This document shows positions 61,317 through 64,000 of a DNA stretch of 64,000 nucleotides, in pieces; the stretch's first letter is position 1, and every line of letters begins with the position of its first letter. The position numbers were made by a program, and so were the translations under genes. This DNA is from Camelus ferus (lineage: Eukaryota). Location: positions 94,304,001-94,368,000 of the forward strand of contig NC_045696.1 of the NCBI RefSeq assembly GCF_009834535.1, written 5' to 3'. The notes under the pieces are model-generated. The model saw nothing but the letters and a program-made list of their open reading frames with translations, ran no database searches and was not told where the DNA came from.

Positions 61317-63074
61317 AATGATATTTACATCAAAGTATTTTTTAATGTTCTTAAGAGCTTTTGAGTCTTTGTCCATTCCCTCTGTCTTATTTCTAAATTA
61401 TACTATAATTTATATATTGCAAAAAAGTGTTTTATTCTCACAGTACAGCATAAAACTACACACCAAGAAAGGATTCTGATTTTCACACTTGAGAGACATT
61501 TCTGCCCCTCTTCCCTATCACACATTAATCTAAAGATAAGACATGCCTCACACACCATTTGGAAGCTATTCTCCAAAATGTCAGGGTTGAGCATTAACAT
61601 CATATACTTTTATCTACAAAACCATGCCTTTGAGCATGAATAGCAGTCTAGTTATGCAGTTTTCAATGTTATTTATTATGAGGCTGCTGTTTAATATTAC
61701 ATTAATTTGCCAACTAGTTAGTCAAATGAAAATATTTTCTTCTCTAAATATAATGACAAACTTTTATATCCTACTTAACTCTTGACAATATAACATTTAC
61801 CATTATTATCCCACGCTTCTCTTTGTGAAATTCGTAACATTTGTTGCATTCTCAGTTCCATTTTTATTCATTTGCATGAAGGAGGGCAAAATCATGAAGT
61901 GAGTTAAGTTGGTCTCTCGTGAACCCCCTCCCACATGTCCACCACTGAGTTTCTCCTCCTTGACACCTTCCCAAACACCTGTGGGAGGAATGAACACATG
62001 AATATTGAAGCAATCAGATGGCCACTGCAGTGACTTTAAGTTTCAAAGTGACTGACAATACACAGGATTTATTCCTTTGCTAAGATAACTGTCCAGGATA
62101 GACTGAGGGGAAGGGTCAAATATTCATCACTGCAACATCCGTCACCTTAACTTGTAGGATGGAAGAGTTCTCCAAACATGTTCTGTTTAGATTTTGTTGT
62201 TGTTAATCTTTTTTACTGCTATGTGAAGAAATCTCACAGCAGCGATGATTGTTATCCTGACATTTGTTTGGTATTTTATGGTTCATAAGAACTTTTGCAA
62301 ATCATTTTGGGTAAATTATTAGCTAAAGATCGAGAAAAACCCCTCTCCCTGAGAAAGTCTGAAGTAATCAACTTTTTTTTTTTTGCTTCACTTTTTTATT
62401 TGTTTTGAATAAGACAGAAAAGGAGAGATTCAGAACTCCAAGGGACATAGAACAGTGGAAAGTGTTTTGCTTTTTGGCCAAGATATTTATTTTCTCCCTA
62501 GAAAATACTAAGATTCAGACATGATCCTATATTGTCTGATGGGGTGGTGCTGCTTTTGTTTCAAAAGAGGGAACAGTGAAAAGCCTGTCTTCTCCCTCTC
62601 CTTTCTGGGGAAGAGTGGAGAGATGGAACAAGAAGATGCAGTCATAGGGAGGATCTCTTTCTGTGACACCTGGTCACCGTTTGCAAGGGCCAAAGGGGCA
62701 GAGCTTCATTTCTTGTATCCAAGGTAACTGATAGTGATTATATTCAATCATGATTTTTCTCATTTGGGAGACACTGAATGATTCTCCTTTTCTTCTTTAA
62801 CAGGAAAATGACAAAGGAGTACCATGCTTAATTTCTCAGGACTGATAGGAGGTTACAAACGTTTGCAGAGCATCTCAAACTTCCATTCTTTTTGTTTTTG
62901 TAAGCATACAAAGTATCTTTGTGTAGTGGAATGGCCCAGTCTGTGCATAGCTCTGCTTTAGTACACTGGTACTCATCAAGCCTCATTTGCCAAGATAAGG
63001 AAAACTTGTCACACAGCAGATAGCCAAGAGGCACTCACACTAAAAGTGCAGAATTTTCTGGGAGATTCATAAAA

Positions 63075-63246
63075 CCCTGCCACTCCAAGTGTGGTCCCTG
63101 GACCAGCAACACCAGTATCACCTAGAAACTTAATTCTAGGAAATTTCTGCATTTCTAACATCTCATCCCAGACCTACTGAATTAAAACCTGCTTCTTAAC
63201 AAGACCCCTTGTGATTGGTATGCACATTAAACTTTGAGAAGTATTG
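63075..63246. mobile_element. MER5A-like hAT MITE
   Basis: 'aagtgtggtccctggaccagca', 'cccagacctactgaatt', 'tatgcacattaaactttgagaag'. Confidence 0.85.
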
Positions 63247-63250
63247 TCTT

Positions 63251-63503
63251 CACACATACAGAGAACAAACTAGTGGTTACCAGTGGGGAGAGGGGAGGAG
63301 GGGCAAGGTAGGGGTAAAGGTTAAGAGGAACAAACTATTTTGTATAAAATAAGCTACAAACATACATTGTACAGCACAGGGGATGTAGTCACTATTTTAT
63401 AATAACCATAAATGGTGTATCTTCTTTAAAAATTGTGAATCACCATATTGTACATCTGAAACTTGTGTTGTAAATCAACTATATACCTCAGTTAAAAAAA
63501 AAA
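63251..63503 (+). mobile_element. 5'-truncated L1 3' UTR with poly(A)
   Basis: 'acagagaacaaactagtggttaccagtggggagaggg...tgtacagcacaggg...gtaaatcaactata', then A10. Flanking 12-bp repeat aagtattgtctt. Confidence 0.88.
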
Positions 63504-63544
63504 TTACTGATAGTTGATGCTGGAGGAAAGTATTGTCTTAGCAC

Positions 63545-63640
63545 AAGCACAGTACTTTATTAAAGCCTTGCAATGAACCCATGAGTCATATTGCTGCTAT
63601 TATCCTTAGCATGAGGAAACTGAGGCACAGAGATGTTGTT
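63545..63640 (-). mobile_element. MIR fragment
   Basis: 'atgaggaaactgaggcacagaga'. Confidence 0.75.
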
Positions 63641-63711
63641 CAAATAATAAATTCCTCAAGAATATAGCCTGTAATAGTAATATTAACAAAAGAACTAGAA
63701 AAAACATCGCC

Positions 63712-63985
63712 AGCAGTACAGCACATCAGTGGGTAAGAGGTCCTGACTGTGGAGTCGGACTGCCTGGGTTCAGGTCCTGACTCTTACGGCTCACCAAGTG
63801 GAAAATACTGAGCAAGTTGCATAATATCTGTCTCCTTTTCTTAACAGTAAAATAGGGGTTTTGAAAGAACCCACCTCATTGTATTGGAGGAGGGGGAGAA
63901 TTAAATGACTAAATTCAAACAAAATGCTTAGAAGTGCCTAGGATGTAGTCCAAATTCCATATACGTTAGGTAGGAGTAATAGTAA
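63712..63985 (+). mobile_element. Near full-length MIR SINE
   Basis: tRNA-like head 'gtgggtaagagg...ggagtcggactgcctgggttcaggtcctgactct', core, and tail 'aatgcttagaagtgcctagga'. Confidence 0.8.
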
Positions 63986-64000
63986 TTGTAGTGGTAACAT

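Noticed and set aside
635..63034. ORF-track entries as real genes
   Set aside because: All are 60-142 aa and many lie in repeats or low-complexity sequence. The only recognisable peptides are L1 ORF2 remnants.

Overview
AT-rich mammalian genomic DNA, dominated by transposable elements. It is most likely camelid, judged from a tRNA-Ala(AGC)-derived SINE at ~61.2 kb and two short L1 3'-UTR pieces that match the camelid L1 tail as I recall it. I cannot support any protein-coding gene: the ORF track is short chance ORFs plus decayed LINE-1 ORF2 fragments, so the window looks intronic or intergenic. Main content: a decayed, nearly full-length minus-strand L1 (~29.77-36.47 kb) that keeps its 5' end but lacks its 3' UTR and poly(A); a block of older L1M fragments (17.7-24.9 kb); L2, L3/CR1, MIR and MaLR LTR relics; and DNA-transposon MITEs, three with recognisable target-site duplications (TSDs): MER20, a Tigger2-type element and MER53. 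Subfamily names come from recalled consensus sequences, not a database search, and most repeat boundaries are approximate. I found no convincing new biological system. The best leads are a frame-preserving 24/21-nt micro-exon candidate with upstream TGCATG motifs, several atypical retrotransposition or repair junctions, and some candidate enhancers.
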